Source: Methanomethylovorans hollandica DSM 15978
GTDB lineage: Archaea > Halobacteriota > Methanosarcinia > Methanosarcinales > Methanosarcinaceae
NCBI RefSeq assembly: GCF_000328665.1
Contig: NC_019977.1
Span: forward strand, 1,542,011 to 1,606,010
Direction of reading: 5' to 3'
Length of the DNA: 64,000 nucleotides
Position 1 is the stretch's first letter; each line of letters begins with the position of its first letter. Below, piece by piece: positions 30,185 through 40,906 of the stretch. Both the position numbers and the translations under genes were made by a program. The notes beneath the pieces were generated by a model, which saw only the letters and a list, made by a program, of their open reading frames with translations, was not told the DNA's origin and did not search any database.

Positions 30185-30898
30185 TTAATCTATTTCCCAA
30201 TACCAATTAGTGAGTTTGGATTTATGATCTTCTCCTTTCCATTTTACGATTCCATTCCCCCACAAGTCTACTTTTTTTCCATTTTGTAGTCCATAAAGAA
30301 CCTCATCTTCCAAATTACGATATACAGATTCAGAGATTTCGATATGATTTGGAGAAGCTGCTTGGTTAGCAATTGCAGTTGCATAGTTTACACATTTACC
30401 AATAAAAATTAAGTCGTTATTGTTTATATTTCTTGGAATGCCTGCTCTCAGTATGTAGACCTCACTCCAATCTATCCCTATTCCAAAATCAAGTTTTTCG
30501 TACTTTTCAAAATAAAGTGATAACTTCTTGTCTAGTAACCATTTTGTAATCATTGCAGCTTTTATTGCTTTTGAAATTTGAGATTTGTAATCAGCAGGCC
30601 AAAATGCTAATAATCCATCACCGTTAAAACTTCTAATTACGCCATCATTTTCTAATACTACTTTAGAGGCGACAGCAAGAAACGCTTTATGAATTTTTCC
30701 AGATGTTTGTTTTTGATGAATTGTAAGTAGTTCTGTTGATTTTCTTAGGTCAATACAATAAGCACATAGTTTTATTTTTTTAGCTATTTTCTTAAAAGTT
30801 ACATCTTCTATTGAAGGGATGCCTTTTGTTTCTGTTATCTCATAATCCCCATCTAAGTAATCTTTAACTTGATTCTCTATTTCGTCAATGTATCCCAT
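30185..30898 (-). CDS. Second class III nucleotidyl cyclase, PycC-like, with no effector of its own
   Basis: IDLRKST, FNGDG, GIGIDWS, NDLIFIGKCVNYA, Trp-rich C-terminus; N-terminal IPSIED extension typical of PycC. Confidence 0.8.
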   Translation of the reverse strand: MGYIDEIENQVKDYLDGDYEITETKGIPSIEDVTFKKIAKKIKLCAYCIDLRKSTELLTIHQKQTSGKIHKAFLAVASKVVLENDGVIRSFNGDGLLAFWPADYKSQISKAIKAAMITKWLLDKKLSLYFEKYEKLDFGIGIDWSEVYILRAGIPRNINNNDLIFIGKCVNYATAIANQAASPNHIEISESVYRNLEDEVLYGLQNGKKVDLWGNGIVKWKGEDHKSKLTNWYWEID

Positions 30899-31237
30899 TA
30901 ATTCCACCAATCTTAATAAAGATGAATTTACATAAAAATCGACCGGTGTATAAGTTTATTGAAATATTGGTTTCTGGATTCTTCTCAATACCCTTTATCA
31001 ACAACTGCTGATTTAATGAAGAAGAAAACTATACAAAAGTGGTTCAACCTTCACTTATTATGAAATATATACTCTGCAGAAATCCTTAATCTTGAAGAAA
31101 CAAATTGAATTGGAGTTTTTCAAAAATGTCTCCATATATCGTCAGGAAATTGGTATTCAAATCTGAAATATCGATTTCAATACATACTCTACAGAGCTAG
31201 TCCGCATGTATTTCTTAACCTTCTTTCCCTTTTTTCC

Positions 31238-31832
31238 TCAAAACGAACCAGTTTCAACTTCACCTGCACGTTTGTAGGAAACTATGATCACTCCTTTAGG
31301 TGAGCTTTTCAGATCGTACAAAATAAAGGCAGCAGGAATAGTGCCTCCGGCAAACAGGCGCTTGCCTGTTCCAAGTGTGATAGGGAATATCTTGAGCCAG
31401 AGCTCGTCAACAAGATCGTGTTCCATTAGCATTTGAATAAGGTTTCCACTGCCATGAACCTGCAATTGCGGACCTTCCTGAGCCTTAAGTTTTTTTATTT
31501 CCCTACATCATTGCCTTTCAATAGAACTGAATTACTCCACTCAAGATGCTGCAGGGAATGAGAAACCACGTACTTCTTTGCCTTATTGAGCTGTGAACCC
31601 TCTTCTTTATGGTCCTGCCAGTAGCCCGCAAATATTTCATACGTTTTTCTTCCAAGCAGAATATCAAATGGCCTGTCCATTTGCTCACCCGTTAACTTAC
31701 TAAGAAAGTCTTCAAAGTAAGGACTGTCCACCCACCATAACTGAAACCCCCCGAGGTATCTTCCTTGGGCCCGCCCGGAGCCTGCATAACACCGTCAAGT
31801 GTTATAAAAGATAGAACAATTATTTTTCTCAT
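31238..31832 (-). pseudogene. Dihydrofolate reductase/RibD-C family gene with two frameshifts
   Basis: [20 protein letters not shown] / LLGRKTYE / VHGSGNL...LGTGKRLF lie in three frame segments; shifts near 31722 and 31500. Confidence 0.85.
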
Positions 31833-31951
31833 AACGCTTCCTCATCTAAAATATTAAAGTGCTTCATCTTTTATAATTACTGATTATGAGATCCTCGCCC
31901 ACATGATCCTTCCCTCCAAGTATCATCTTTTTATCCGAGAACAGAGTTCCA

Positions 31952-32836
31952 ATGTTCATGGACCATGTAGCAATAGGAAAAGTTCACAATCATGCTTCAG
32001 AAGAGAATATGGAGATACTGCCTCTCTGGAAACAGGCGATAAGCGGGATCGAGATAATGGATGTCGAAAAAGACCTGTTCACTGAGGAGCATTCTCATTA
32101 TATAGTGATTCACGACCCTCTGAAAATAAAGTTTCCCAAGAGCCGGGAAGAACTGAACAAAAGGTTCTGTGCCCAGGTGGGAGCTTCTGTTGTCAGTTAC
32201 ATCCACCAGGAAGGGAACATGCATTATGTGAGAGGGCTGATGGCTGAAAATGATGCCAGGGTCTATAGTATTTTGCCGTATACGTCTTTTGACCGCATAG
32301 AAGAGGCACGGTTCCCAAAAAGCAACATGGAAGCCAGGAAGATGCAGGCTTTCAAAGAGATCCTTCCGCTACTGCATGGAAAGAATATACTTGATGTAGG
32401 ATGTGGTGTGGGTACTCTTACCATAAAGATCGCCACCGTGAATACGGATGCTTTAGTACATGGCATCGATCTTCAGGAAAGCCTCATGGAGCAATGCAGG
32501 CTCAACTCACAGATAGAAGGCGTGAACAATACTAAGTTCGTTGCTGCAAGTGCATACGAGCTTCCGTTCCAGCAGGGATACTTTGACTCAATAACATGTT
32601 TCTTTATGCTGCACCACCTTGAAGATGTGCCGCGAGCCCTGAAAGATATAAGAAGGGTTCTGAAACCCGGTGGCGAAGTCTTTGCCGCGGAACCTATAGA
32701 CCACTTTCATGATGTGCAAAGATATCCAGAAGACTGGAAAAAGCTCTTTCTGGACGCAGGCTATAATATAGAGATATATGAAAAAGATAAATTATCATAC
32801 ATCCGTGCTAGTATAAGTGATGCCAAGGCACAATAA
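31952..32836 (+). CDS. Class I methyltransferase with an N-terminal degenerate TrmO/TsaA-like domain
   Basis: ILDVGCGVG, FDSI, RVLKPGG in the C-terminal half; N-terminal half resembles TsaA/YaeB (IGKVH, SHYIVI, EGN...VRGL, ILPY..FD). Confidence 0.75.
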   Translation: MFMDHVAIGKVHNHASEENMEILPLWKQAISGIEIMDVEKDLFTEEHSHYIVIHDPLKIKFPKSREELNKRFCAQVGASVVSYIHQEGNMHYVRGLMAENDARVYSILPYTSFDRIEEARFPKSNMEARKMQAFKEILPLLHGKNILDVGCGVGTLTIKIATVNTDALVHGIDLQESLMEQCRLNSQIEGVNNTKFVAASAYELPFQQGYFDSITCFFMLHHLEDVPRALKDIRRVLKPGGEVFAAEPIDHFHDVQRYPEDWKKLFLDAGYNIEIYEKDKLSYIRASISDAKAQ

Positions 32837-32857
32837 AAAAAGATAGGAGGGAGTGGG

Positions 32858-33229
32858 GTCAAAAAACCCCGATATTAAAAACCTGTGTTTTAAGAAGTAC
32901 TGTTGCAATCTTTATTTACAACGTTTTAGTATTAAAAATTAACCATTTTGTAATACTAGAAAAGATTTCTACAAACATCTCTTTTAATTTATCCACACAA
33001 ATTTTTATCAACGCAAAGGCGCTAAGACGCTAAGGCGCAAAGAAGAAAATAAAATGCTTTGCGCCCTTGCGACTTTGCGTTAAAAACTATGTACAGTAAG
33101 AAATCAATAGGTATTAAAACATTAACAGAGAAATTTCTATAGATTAAAGAGGATTTGGTCGATCCTCCTTTTTTAAACGATTATTTATATACGCCGTGCA
33201 ACAATTTTCAAATAACGGGGTTTTTAGAC
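32858..33229. mobile_element. Putative MITE-like element (372 bp) with 19-bp terminal inverted repeats
   Basis: GTCAAAAAACCCCGATATT vs reverse complement of 33211-33229 GTCTAAAAACCCCGTTATT (17/19); no coding content. Confidence 0.6.
33010..33081. repeat. REP-like hairpin built from 8-bp RCGCWAAG units
   Basis: Four forward units at 33011-33042 and three reverse units at 33057-33080. Confidence 0.8.
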
Positions 33230-33530
33230 AGTCTTGAAATTCTATTGTGGATTGTGGATCCCCACAACATTAAGTGGATAACTTAATATGTTGTTCATTC
33301 TTTAACTTTTTTTATAAGAGAAAGCAAATTTCCTTTTCCCGACAGCATCTTCACAATGGACAAGATAATCTTCTGACAGGTTATATTGATCCACATTCCG
33401 TACCTTTCTGGTTGTTTCCAGGATTCTAAGAAGGCACAGGGAATTATGTTACAGCATTTAACTGCACTGCCGTCGATAAAAACCAGATTAATGTACCATG
33501 AGCGCTTTAAGCGTGTACCGAGGAGTAATA

Positions 33531-34316
33531 ATGCAGGAACCTCTGAAAACAATAAAAGAAACAAGACCTCTGATACACCATATCACAAATTGGGTTACGA
33601 TCTATGAATGTGCGAATATCACCCGGGCCTTTGGTGCTCTTCCTGTAATGGCCCATGCACCTGAGGAATGTGCTGATATGACACGGATCTCATCAGCTCT
33701 TGTGCTTAACATAGGCACCCTGACAAATGAACTGATCGACGCAATGATCCTTTCCGCAAAGGCCGCGAACGAGAAAAAGATACCCGTGGTACTCGATGCG
33801 GTCGGTGTGGGCGCTACGAAGTTCAGAGATTACATGGCTGCAAAGATAATCGATTCTGTTAATATCGATATCATCAAAGGGAACTATTCAGAGATCGCAA
33901 AGCTTGCAGGGGAAAAGGCTCAGACAAAGGGAGTGGAGACCACGTCTATCAATGCCGATCCCAGAAAGATCGCACAGGAGCTTGCGACATCTAAGTCATG
34001 CATTGTTGTCATGACCGGAAAAGAGGACATAATCAGCAACGGCAAAAAGATATTCGTTGTCAGGAACGGGCATGAACTAATGGGGTCTATCGTCGGCACG
34101 GGATGCATGGCCGCTTCAGTAATAGGTTCTTTCGCTGCTGTTAATCCGGATCATTTTGATGCCGCAAAAGATGCCCTCTGTTATTTTGGGATAGCAGGAG
34201 AACTTGCAGCTGAAGTTTCCCGGGGACCTGGGAGCTTTAAGGTAAATTTATATGACGAGGCATTCAGTCTTTCTGATGAAAATGCAGAAAAGATGCTGAA
34301 TTTCGAAGAATGCTGA
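33531..34316 (+). CDS. thiM: Hydroxyethylthiazole kinase
   Basis: [44 protein letters not shown]. Confidence 0.95.
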   Translation: MQEPLKTIKETRPLIHHITNWVTIYECANITRAFGALPVMAHAPEECADMTRISSALVLNIGTLTNELIDAMILSAKAANEKKIPVVLDAVGVGATKFRDYMAAKIIDSVNIDIIKGNYSEIAKLAGEKAQTKGVETTSINADPRKIAQELATSKSCIVVMTGKEDIISNGKKIFVVRNGHELMGSIVGTGCMAASVIGSFAAVNPDHFDAAKDALCYFGIAGELAAEVSRGPGSFKVNLYDEAFSLSDENAEKMLNFEEC

Positions 34317-34337
34317 ATCAGAGCTAATAGAGGAAAC

Positions 34338-34991
34338 ATGACCGGCAAAAAAGATCTGCTTGCAGTACTCGATTTTTACCTCGTGACCGACTCCGGTCTA
34401 TCTAAAAAAGGGACTTTATCGGATGTGCAGGAGGCAGTTGCAGCCGGCTGCAGGATCGTGCAATACAGAGAGAAGAACAAGAGCACAAAAGAGATGGTCG
34501 CAGAAGCATCACAGATCAAATCCATATGCGGTGCTGATGCGATATTCCTGGTGAACGACAGGATAGATGTTGCTCTGGCTGTGGATGCAGATGGAGTGCA
34601 CATTGGTCAGGAAGATATGCCCATAGATATTGCACGGGCGATCCTTGGTGCTGACAAGATCATTGGTCTTACGGTCCATAACATTAGCGAGGCCATAGAA
34701 GCCGAAAGAAGTGGTGCCGATTATGTAGGGCTCAGCCCCATATTCGACACTGCTACAAAAAGTGATGCAGGTACGGGCATTGGCACTGAAAGGATAAAGG
34801 ATGTTAAAAATGCTATCAATATACCTGTAGTTGCCATCGGCGGAATAAACAAGCAGAACTGCAGAAGTGTGATCGAGAATGGTGCCGATAGCCTGGTGGC
34901 AATATCTGCAGTGGTATGCAGCGATGATGTAAAGCGTGAAACACAGGAGTTGATTGCTGTCATCAAAAGTGCTTCAGGTCGTATCTGCTGA
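34338..34991 (+). CDS. thiE: Thiamine-phosphate synthase
   Basis: [25 protein letters not shown]. Confidence 0.95.
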   Translation: MTGKKDLLAVLDFYLVTDSGLSKKGTLSDVQEAVAAGCRIVQYREKNKSTKEMVAEASQIKSICGADAIFLVNDRIDVALAVDADGVHIGQEDMPIDIARAILGADKIIGLTVHNISEAIEAERSGADYVGLSPIFDTATKSDAGTGIGTERIKDVKNAINIPVVAIGGINKQNCRSVIENGADSLVAISAVVCSDDVKRETQELIAVIKSASGRIC

Positions 34992-35091
34992 CGTTATGCA
35001 GATCCTATGCAGCATAATCAGGATTTTGAGCACAATTCATGATCTTTGATGCAATATCAGGTTATGGCAGTGTCCAAAGAGGAGTAAAACC

Positions 35092-35820
35092 ATGCTTAAT
35101 GAACAGGAGTTGCAGCGATATCAGCGTCAATTGCTCATGTTCGATAAAGAAGGTCAGGAAAAACTTAAACAATCCCGCGTGTTCATTGCAGGCGGAGGTG
35201 GATTAGGTTGTCCCATAGCACTTTATCTTGCAGTTGCGGGCGTTGGTTGTATTGATATAGCGGATATGGATGCTGTGGAGCAGACTAATCTTAACCGTCA
35301 GGTGCTCCACTGGGAAAAGGATATCGGAAAACCGAAGGTATTATCCATCAAAGAAAAGATCCGGCAAATAAATCCTTATATCAATATAATTGCCCGGCAT
35401 GTGACCATTACGGAAGAGAATGTCCTTGAGCTTGTCAGGGATGCTGACATCATTGTGGATGCACTGGACAATTTCTCTGCCCGGTATCTTCTCAACCATG
35501 CATCTCTTCAGACCGGTATCCCTCTTGTGCATGGGGCTATCCGGGGCTTTGATGGTCAGTTAATGACGATCATCCCGGGTAAGACCGCTTGCCTCAAATG
35601 CGTATTTCCACATGCTCCTCCTGAGGAGGTTTTCCCTGTCATTGGCGTGACCCCAGGTATTATCGGAACTATCCAGGCTAACGAAGTTCTTAAATACCTT
35701 CTACAGACCGGGGAACCCCTGGAAGGGCTTCTAGTATGGGACGGGCTCAATGCCAAAATGGATTCCTTCAAGATACAACGCAGGAATAAATGCGAAGCTT
35801 GCGGGGATCCGGATCTTTAA
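35092..35820 (+). CDS. ThiF/MoeB/HesA-family adenylyltransferase
   Basis: RYQRQ, GGGGLG, NLNRQ, two CxxC motifs. Confidence 0.9.
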   Translation: MLNEQELQRYQRQLLMFDKEGQEKLKQSRVFIAGGGGLGCPIALYLAVAGVGCIDIADMDAVEQTNLNRQVLHWEKDIGKPKVLSIKEKIRQINPYINIIARHVTITEENVLELVRDADIIVDALDNFSARYLLNHASLQTGIPLVHGAIRGFDGQLMTIIPGKTACLKCVFPHAPPEEVFPVIGVTPGIIGTIQANEVLKYLLQTGEPLEGLLVWDGLNAKMDSFKIQRRNKCEACGDPDL

Positions 35821-35827
35821 TTTTATT

Positions 35828-35925
35828 GGTTCTCTTCAACATCGTGTGGGTGATGTCAATTTCCTCGCCATCAGATAGATCATGGTATTTATGTATTTTT
35901 CCGTCTTTAGACCATAAGATCTTTT
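35828..35925 (-). mobile_element. ISL3-family right-end remnant (terminal repeat plus last transposase codons)
   Basis: GGTTCTCTTC terminus; minus strand reads KRSYGLKTEKYINTMIYLMARKLTSPTRC*. Confidence 0.7.
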
Positions 35926-36088
35926 TTAAGGAAGTTTCAGAGTTTGGTTACGACTAGAATGATCCTAACAGGAAAGATTATATACATCTTAAACACCATT
36001 TTTGTATAGTCGGGTTAAATTTTTGATTGAATGAAACAATTCAAAGATTTCATTCGTGTTATTTTACTGTTGTAGGGAGGTAATTAAA

Positions 36089-36523
36089 ATGAGTGTGGAA
36101 GAAAACCTTAAACTTATGAAAACTTTGGATGATGCATGGAATTCCCAGGATTGGGATACATTCGAGAAAAGGCATGCAGATCATGTGGAAGTATTCTGGC
36201 CCGGACAGTCGGAGCCGACCAAAGGACGAACTTCACATAAAGAAGAAGCTATTGCATTCTTCAAGATATTTCCTGACAATCACGTTGGAAATGATCCATA
36301 TAAAGTACTCTTCGGTCAGGGTGAATGGACCTGTTCGGTAGCAGAATTCACCGGCACTTTCAAAGGACCGATGACAGGTGCAGACGGGACTATTATTCCA
36401 CCGACAGGTAAGAGTTTCAAGGTCGAGTTTTGCACTGTAGCTCACTGGATCAATGGAGAGATCGTTGAGGAGAAGCTTTTCTATGATAAGATCGAGTTGA
36501 TGAAACAGATCGGCCTTATGTAA
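36089..36523 (+). CDS. SnoaL-like ester cyclase / NTF2-fold protein
   Basis: DAWNSQDW, FPD, GTFKGP...IPPTGKSF, GEIVEE. Confidence 0.9.
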   Translation: MSVEENLKLMKTLDDAWNSQDWDTFEKRHADHVEVFWPGQSEPTKGRTSHKEEAIAFFKIFPDNHVGNDPYKVLFGQGEWTCSVAEFTGTFKGPMTGADGTIIPPTGKSFKVEFCTVAHWINGEIVEEKLFYDKIELMKQIGLM

Positions 36524-37020
36524 AGATAGATCATGGTATTTATGTATATTTTCTTTTTGAGACAATAAGATCTTTTAAAAGCAATTGGAATTTTATTGTT
36601 TAATCCCTCTGCAATTCCGTTGTTGAGATCGTCCTTCATTGCTTCAAGAACTCCCTGCGCATGTTTTTTGATCTCTTTTGACACTGAGATTATCTCAGGG
36701 ATATTGCTATGCGTTTCCCAATAATGCCATTTAGCAAGATATTCCCTTTGCTCTTTTGCTTTGTCTACATAATGAATAAGTATTCTCCAGACAGAATTCT
36801 CATGAATACTTACAATATCGGCTACTGAAACTACTGACATTTCTTTGCATATGGCAAAGATCAAGGCTTCAAAGAACAAGGTAAATCCCGTGTTCTGTCC
36901 GGTCCATGGAAGATCAATCAACTTCACACCATGTCCATTACACTTTATTCTGGGAACCCTTGCATGAAGATAGGTTTCATAATGGAAGAAATCGAGATGT
37001 CACCATACTCTTTCTTTTGT
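36524..37020 (-). pseudogene. ISL3-family transposase remnant (internal deletion, in-frame stop)
   Basis: RVW*HLDFFHYETYLHARVPRIKC..HGV...LPW...GFTLFFE joined directly to NGIAEGLNNKI...KRSY. Confidence 0.85.
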
Positions 37021-37204
37021 ATATGAGTAGGATATGACCTGTTGCAAAGATACTCAAACAGACTTACATATCAGGAAAAGAGTGGTCTGGTGAATGAGAT
37101 CAAATCTGGCAGGACCATCTGAATAATGGTCCATATGAGCTCTTTTTATGCGACATCAGAACGATACAACAGCATGGATACATCAATGAACATGTACATC
37201 AGAA

Positions 37205-38044
37205 TCATCCCGTGACCCGAGAGAGGAGCGGGATCAGACCGAACAGGAATACGTTCACGAACCCGTGGGCTATGGTTATGAATGGCAAACTCCCGGTCTT
37301 CTGAAACATGTAACCGAACAATATACCTGCACTGCCTGTGACCACCAGCTCAAAGCTGTTTCCGTAGCCTGAGTGCATCATGCCGAACAAAAGACCTGCA
37401 ACCAGGAGACCTTTTGTCATGCCGAAGGATTCCTGCAGCCTGGTTTGCAGTAATGACCTGAAAATAAGCTCTTCCATAAGACCTACAAAGAGGAACATGA
37501 CAACGGAGATCTTGAGCAGGCTTCCTATGGATGCGTCCGGTATAAGGCTGCCTACCTGGATAGTATTGTATTCTCCCATTGCGATCAGTAATCCCACCAG
37601 CAGGCTGAGAGGGAGGTATATATGTAGGTTCTTAAGTGTCAGCCCCAGCTCCTTTCGGGTGAACCGCTGGTGGCGTATCAGGATATATAGGGGGATGGCC
37701 AGAGGAGCATAGATAAAGAAATACAGATACAGGGTCGTTCCAAAGAACACGGGCATGGAGATATTGACAAGCCGGAGTATAGGAAGCATTATAAGAACTT
37801 CCATAATAAGGCTTACATTGGGCCTGTGTATCCACATGGAAGCTACTGCCAGGCACAGCGGGATCATCACATGCAGGAATATGCCAGCCTGCAATTTGCC
37901 CATGTACAGCAGGGTCTCCGCTAATACAATGGCAACTATAGGGATAGCCACTAATTGCCAATCCTTCACAGGACGACCGAACACTGAGACACCGGTCGCA
38001 GCCGGAACATTCGGATCTTCCACGGTACCTTCATCCGGGTTCAT
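37205..38044 (-). CDS. CPBP/Abi-family intramembrane protease
   Basis: EELIFR, LFGMMH, AHGFVN motifs. Confidence 0.9.
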   Translation of the reverse strand: MNPDEGTVEDPNVPAATGVSVFGRPVKDWQLVAIPIVAIVLAETLLYMGKLQAGIFLHVMIPLCLAVASMWIHRPNVSLIMEVLIMLPILRLVNISMPVFFGTTLYLYFFIYAPLAIPLYILIRHQRFTRKELGLTLKNLHIYLPLSLLVGLLIAMGEYNTIQVGSLIPDASIGSLLKISVVMFLFVGLMEELIFRSLLQTRLQESFGMTKGLLVAGLLFGMMHSGYGNSFELVVTGSAGILFGYMFQKTGSLPFITIAHGFVNVFLFGLIPLLSRVTG

Positions 38045-38505
38045 ATTCGCATGTTCCCGGCCATGGCCTGTACATATTCTGTCATCTTAACAACACCCAC
38101 TCTATACATTTTTAATTTCACCGCAATCTATGAATTTATATATGAAGAATAGTAACAGCACATTAGTTTTCTATAGATATTTAAGTATTTTGATGTAGAC
38201 CTCACACCTGCACACGCCCTTTATCGAAAAAAGATAGGGCTCAGACTGTTATAGTTAAAAATAATACAAGTTTTTAATTTGAAATATCACCACAATTAAA
38301 TATCATTAAAGAAATAAGTGTATGTGAGTAAGTTATTCTTAATGCTTACATTGAAAAATGTGGCAAACAAGAGTAGCTTGTAACTCGTTTTCTCAGTTTT
38401 TTGGTTATGCAATAGTAGGCTAAATAATTTTTTACTGGGAAGTAAGTTTACGACAGAAATGTGTACTTGTGAAAGTACGTAGATCTGATCGAAGTATGTG
38501 CATAA

Positions 38506-39237
38506 ATGGGCATGGGGGTATATATGATGACTAATCTACGGTTAAGTGTTGTTGCAATTGTCCTATGTATATTGTTGTTCGCACCATTGGCTGCGGCAGC
38601 AAAAAATCCAAATCCGGGTGTTTTGCCGGTAAATTCACACGCCTATGGGATGACCTATGGAGAATGGAGCGAAGAATGGTGGAAGTGGGCTTTATCCATA
38701 CCTGCAGACCGTAATCCTGTGACAGATACAACTGGTGATTTCTGTGCTGAAGGACAATCCGGAAAAGTATGGTTCCTTGCTGGTACCTTTGGAACTAGTG
38801 AAACACGTAGCTGTACTATTCCCGCTGGCAAAGCTCTATTTTTCCCAATAATTAATGGTGAGTCGTCAAAAATACAAGGATATGGGGATACTGAAGAGGT
38901 GTTGCGTGAAGACGCTACTGCAACAGCCGATGCCATAACATTTGTAGAGGTAATCGTCGACGGTAAAAAGTTACAAACAGAGTTACAAACAGAGCCTAAT
39001 TTGGGTTATAGAGTGCAATCTGGTCTTTTTACCATTTGGCTTCCTCCAGATAACGTCCTAGAAATACCAACTGAAGAAGGAGTTTCTAGTATTGCAGTAG
39101 CTGATGGTTACTGGATAATGCTAGCACCTCTTTCTGTCGGTGAGCACACAATTCATATTCACGGCGAAGTTGGGAGTTTCTTTGTAACTGAAGTGACCTA
39201 CGAACTTACCGTTGTGCCCGAGGGTTCAACTAAGTGA
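38506..39237 (+). CDS. Secreted conserved hypothetical protein
   Basis: Signal peptide; WWKWALSIP...NP, VWFLAG, DGYWIML.PLS.GEHTI; start uncertain. Confidence 0.75.
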   Translation: MGMGVYMMTNLRLSVVAIVLCILLFAPLAAAAKNPNPGVLPVNSHAYGMTYGEWSEEWWKWALSIPADRNPVTDTTGDFCAEGQSGKVWFLAGTFGTSETRSCTIPAGKALFFPIINGESSKIQGYGDTEEVLREDATATADAITFVEVIVDGKKLQTELQTEPNLGYRVQSGLFTIWLPPDNVLEIPTEEGVSSIAVADGYWIMLAPLSVGEHTIHIHGEVGSFFVTEVTYELTVVPEGSTK

Positions 39238-39288
39238 ATGACAAATATCGAGATTACGAAAATAATCTCAACAAAAGGGGGAGAAGAA

Positions 39289-39561
39289 ATGTTGTACATG
39301 GAGATAATTACATGGGACCCAAAGGATGATATGGAAACTGCTAAGCGTTATGCTGAATGGAAACCTCCGGAAGGCTATAATGTTCTGGGAGTCTGGAATG
39401 ACATAGCATCATGTAGAGTATTTATCCTATCTGAAGTAGATAATGCAGAGGCATATGCTGCTGCTACATTACCCTGGAGAGACATCACACGATGCGAAAC
39501 CGTTCTAGTAATGGAAAACGATAAGTTCATGGAGATTGCTGCTAAATTTGGGGAAATGTGA
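39289..39561 (+). CDS. DUF3303-like small protein
   Basis: MLYMEIITW...PEGYNVLG.W.D...LPW.D pattern; purine-rich SD. Confidence 0.7.
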   Translation: MLYMEIITWDPKDDMETAKRYAEWKPPEGYNVLGVWNDIASCRVFILSEVDNAEAYAAATLPWRDITRCETVLVMENDKFMEIAAKFGEM

Positions 39562-39815
39562 CTACCTTCGTATATTCTTGACAATATACTCAGAAGTAAC
39601 ACTTTCCTTCACTTTTTTTTATTTATAGCATAGGTTCGCCATGACAAAAAACAATAAGGGAGTGGATGATATGAATCAAGATGTCAAGGTCCGAATGAAC
39701 TTCATTATATCTGACTGTGCCAGTCGACATCATTCCATTCAAAACTGATCAGTGCAAGTGTACAGATCTGCCTTGAAATTTTCCAGGATTCAGTGTCTGG
39801 AATCTGCTGTGACTA

Positions 39816-40499
39816 TCACACAACTTCCATAGTCTGTGGGAAATCCCCCTCGAAATGCATCTGCCCATCCTCTATTTTAAGAGTTTTTATGTTCAGACCG
39901 GGCATCTTTGCAAGGTTAGAATTGATCAGATCTTCAAATGCCTCTTCACCTTTATCCTCAGCGCTGCCTGGGATAGGGAGCATGCCTACTTTTGCTTTAT
40001 AGATAGCCAGGCGGGTTGTGGCATCACTGTCTTTCTCAAAGCGGCCTGAAGCATACACAGGACCTTTGAAATCATAACCATGATCTTGCAGGTCAACATA
40101 CGCTGACATTTCCGCTTCGTTATTATCACCTAATTTTATCTGGATCTGTTTTATAGCTCCCTCATTGTTAGTGGCCTGCAGATAAGAGCTCAGCTGAGAG
40201 CTGGAAAGAGTAATGTCCAGGGGTGCCGGGTCAGAATATTGTATATCGCTTGTGAGCTGGTATGCTGAAACCGGGGATTTAAGGTCTATACCATTTTCTT
40301 CTATCATTTGGTCAAAAAGCATAGGGTCCACTTCCACACCCAGATCCTTTGCTTCATCTGTACCCAGCAGCTGGGTTAAGAGCGGGATGTGTACCAGACC
40401 ACTGGCAGCAACTGCTGTAAGTGCTAAGAACAATACTATGAGAACACCAATGTATATCTGGTTTCTTTTACTTTTGACTGCATTTCCTGAATAGCTCAA
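39816..40499 (-). CDS. Membrane-anchored hypothetical protein
   Basis: Single N-terminal TM, soluble acidic domain; GGAGAGG upstream of TTG. Confidence 0.7.
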   Translation of the reverse strand: MSYSGNAVKSKRNQIYIGVLIVLFLALTAVAASGLVHIPLLTQLLGTDEAKDLGVEVDPMLFDQMIEENGIDLKSPVSAYQLTSDIQYSDPAPLDITLSSSQLSSYLQATNNEGAIKQIQIKLGDNNEAEMSAYVDLQDHGYDFKGPVYASGRFEKDSDATTRLAIYKAKVGMLPIPGSAEDKGEEAFEDLINSNLAKMPGLNIKTLKIEDGQMHFEGDFPQTMEVV

Positions 40500-40906
40500 T
40501 CAAACCTCTCCTTGGAACAGTTTCATGCAAATTTCATATGATCATAGTTATAAAACACCTGATCTTATTGGATCAGTCAGGATCTTATACACATATCCTG
40601 GACCAGAAGATAACATATGCAATATTAATATATAAAAATAATCATAAAATAAACCCGGAATGTAGCTCACATCTTACTCATAATTCTTGGTAGATTGGAT
40701 CGAAGGAAGCATCACAAGCCAGATGCGAGCTATTATATGATCTGGCAAACATGTATTTAAGATTCTCTTCTGAAATGCAGGACCTTCCAATTAGAGTCAA
40801 CAGTTTCATTAATACCAATATCTGTATTGTGAGCAATCAGACGCAGTCTGCATTATAATATAGTGACCTTAAACTGGCACTATGATCAAAGATTGCAGGT
40901 GTACAC

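Noticed and set aside
33010..33081. CRISPR array
   Set aside because: Units are 8 bp, contiguous and inverted, with no spacers; no cas genes
33290..33530. TPP riboswitch upstream of thiM
   Set aside because: Conserved TPP aptamer motifs not found
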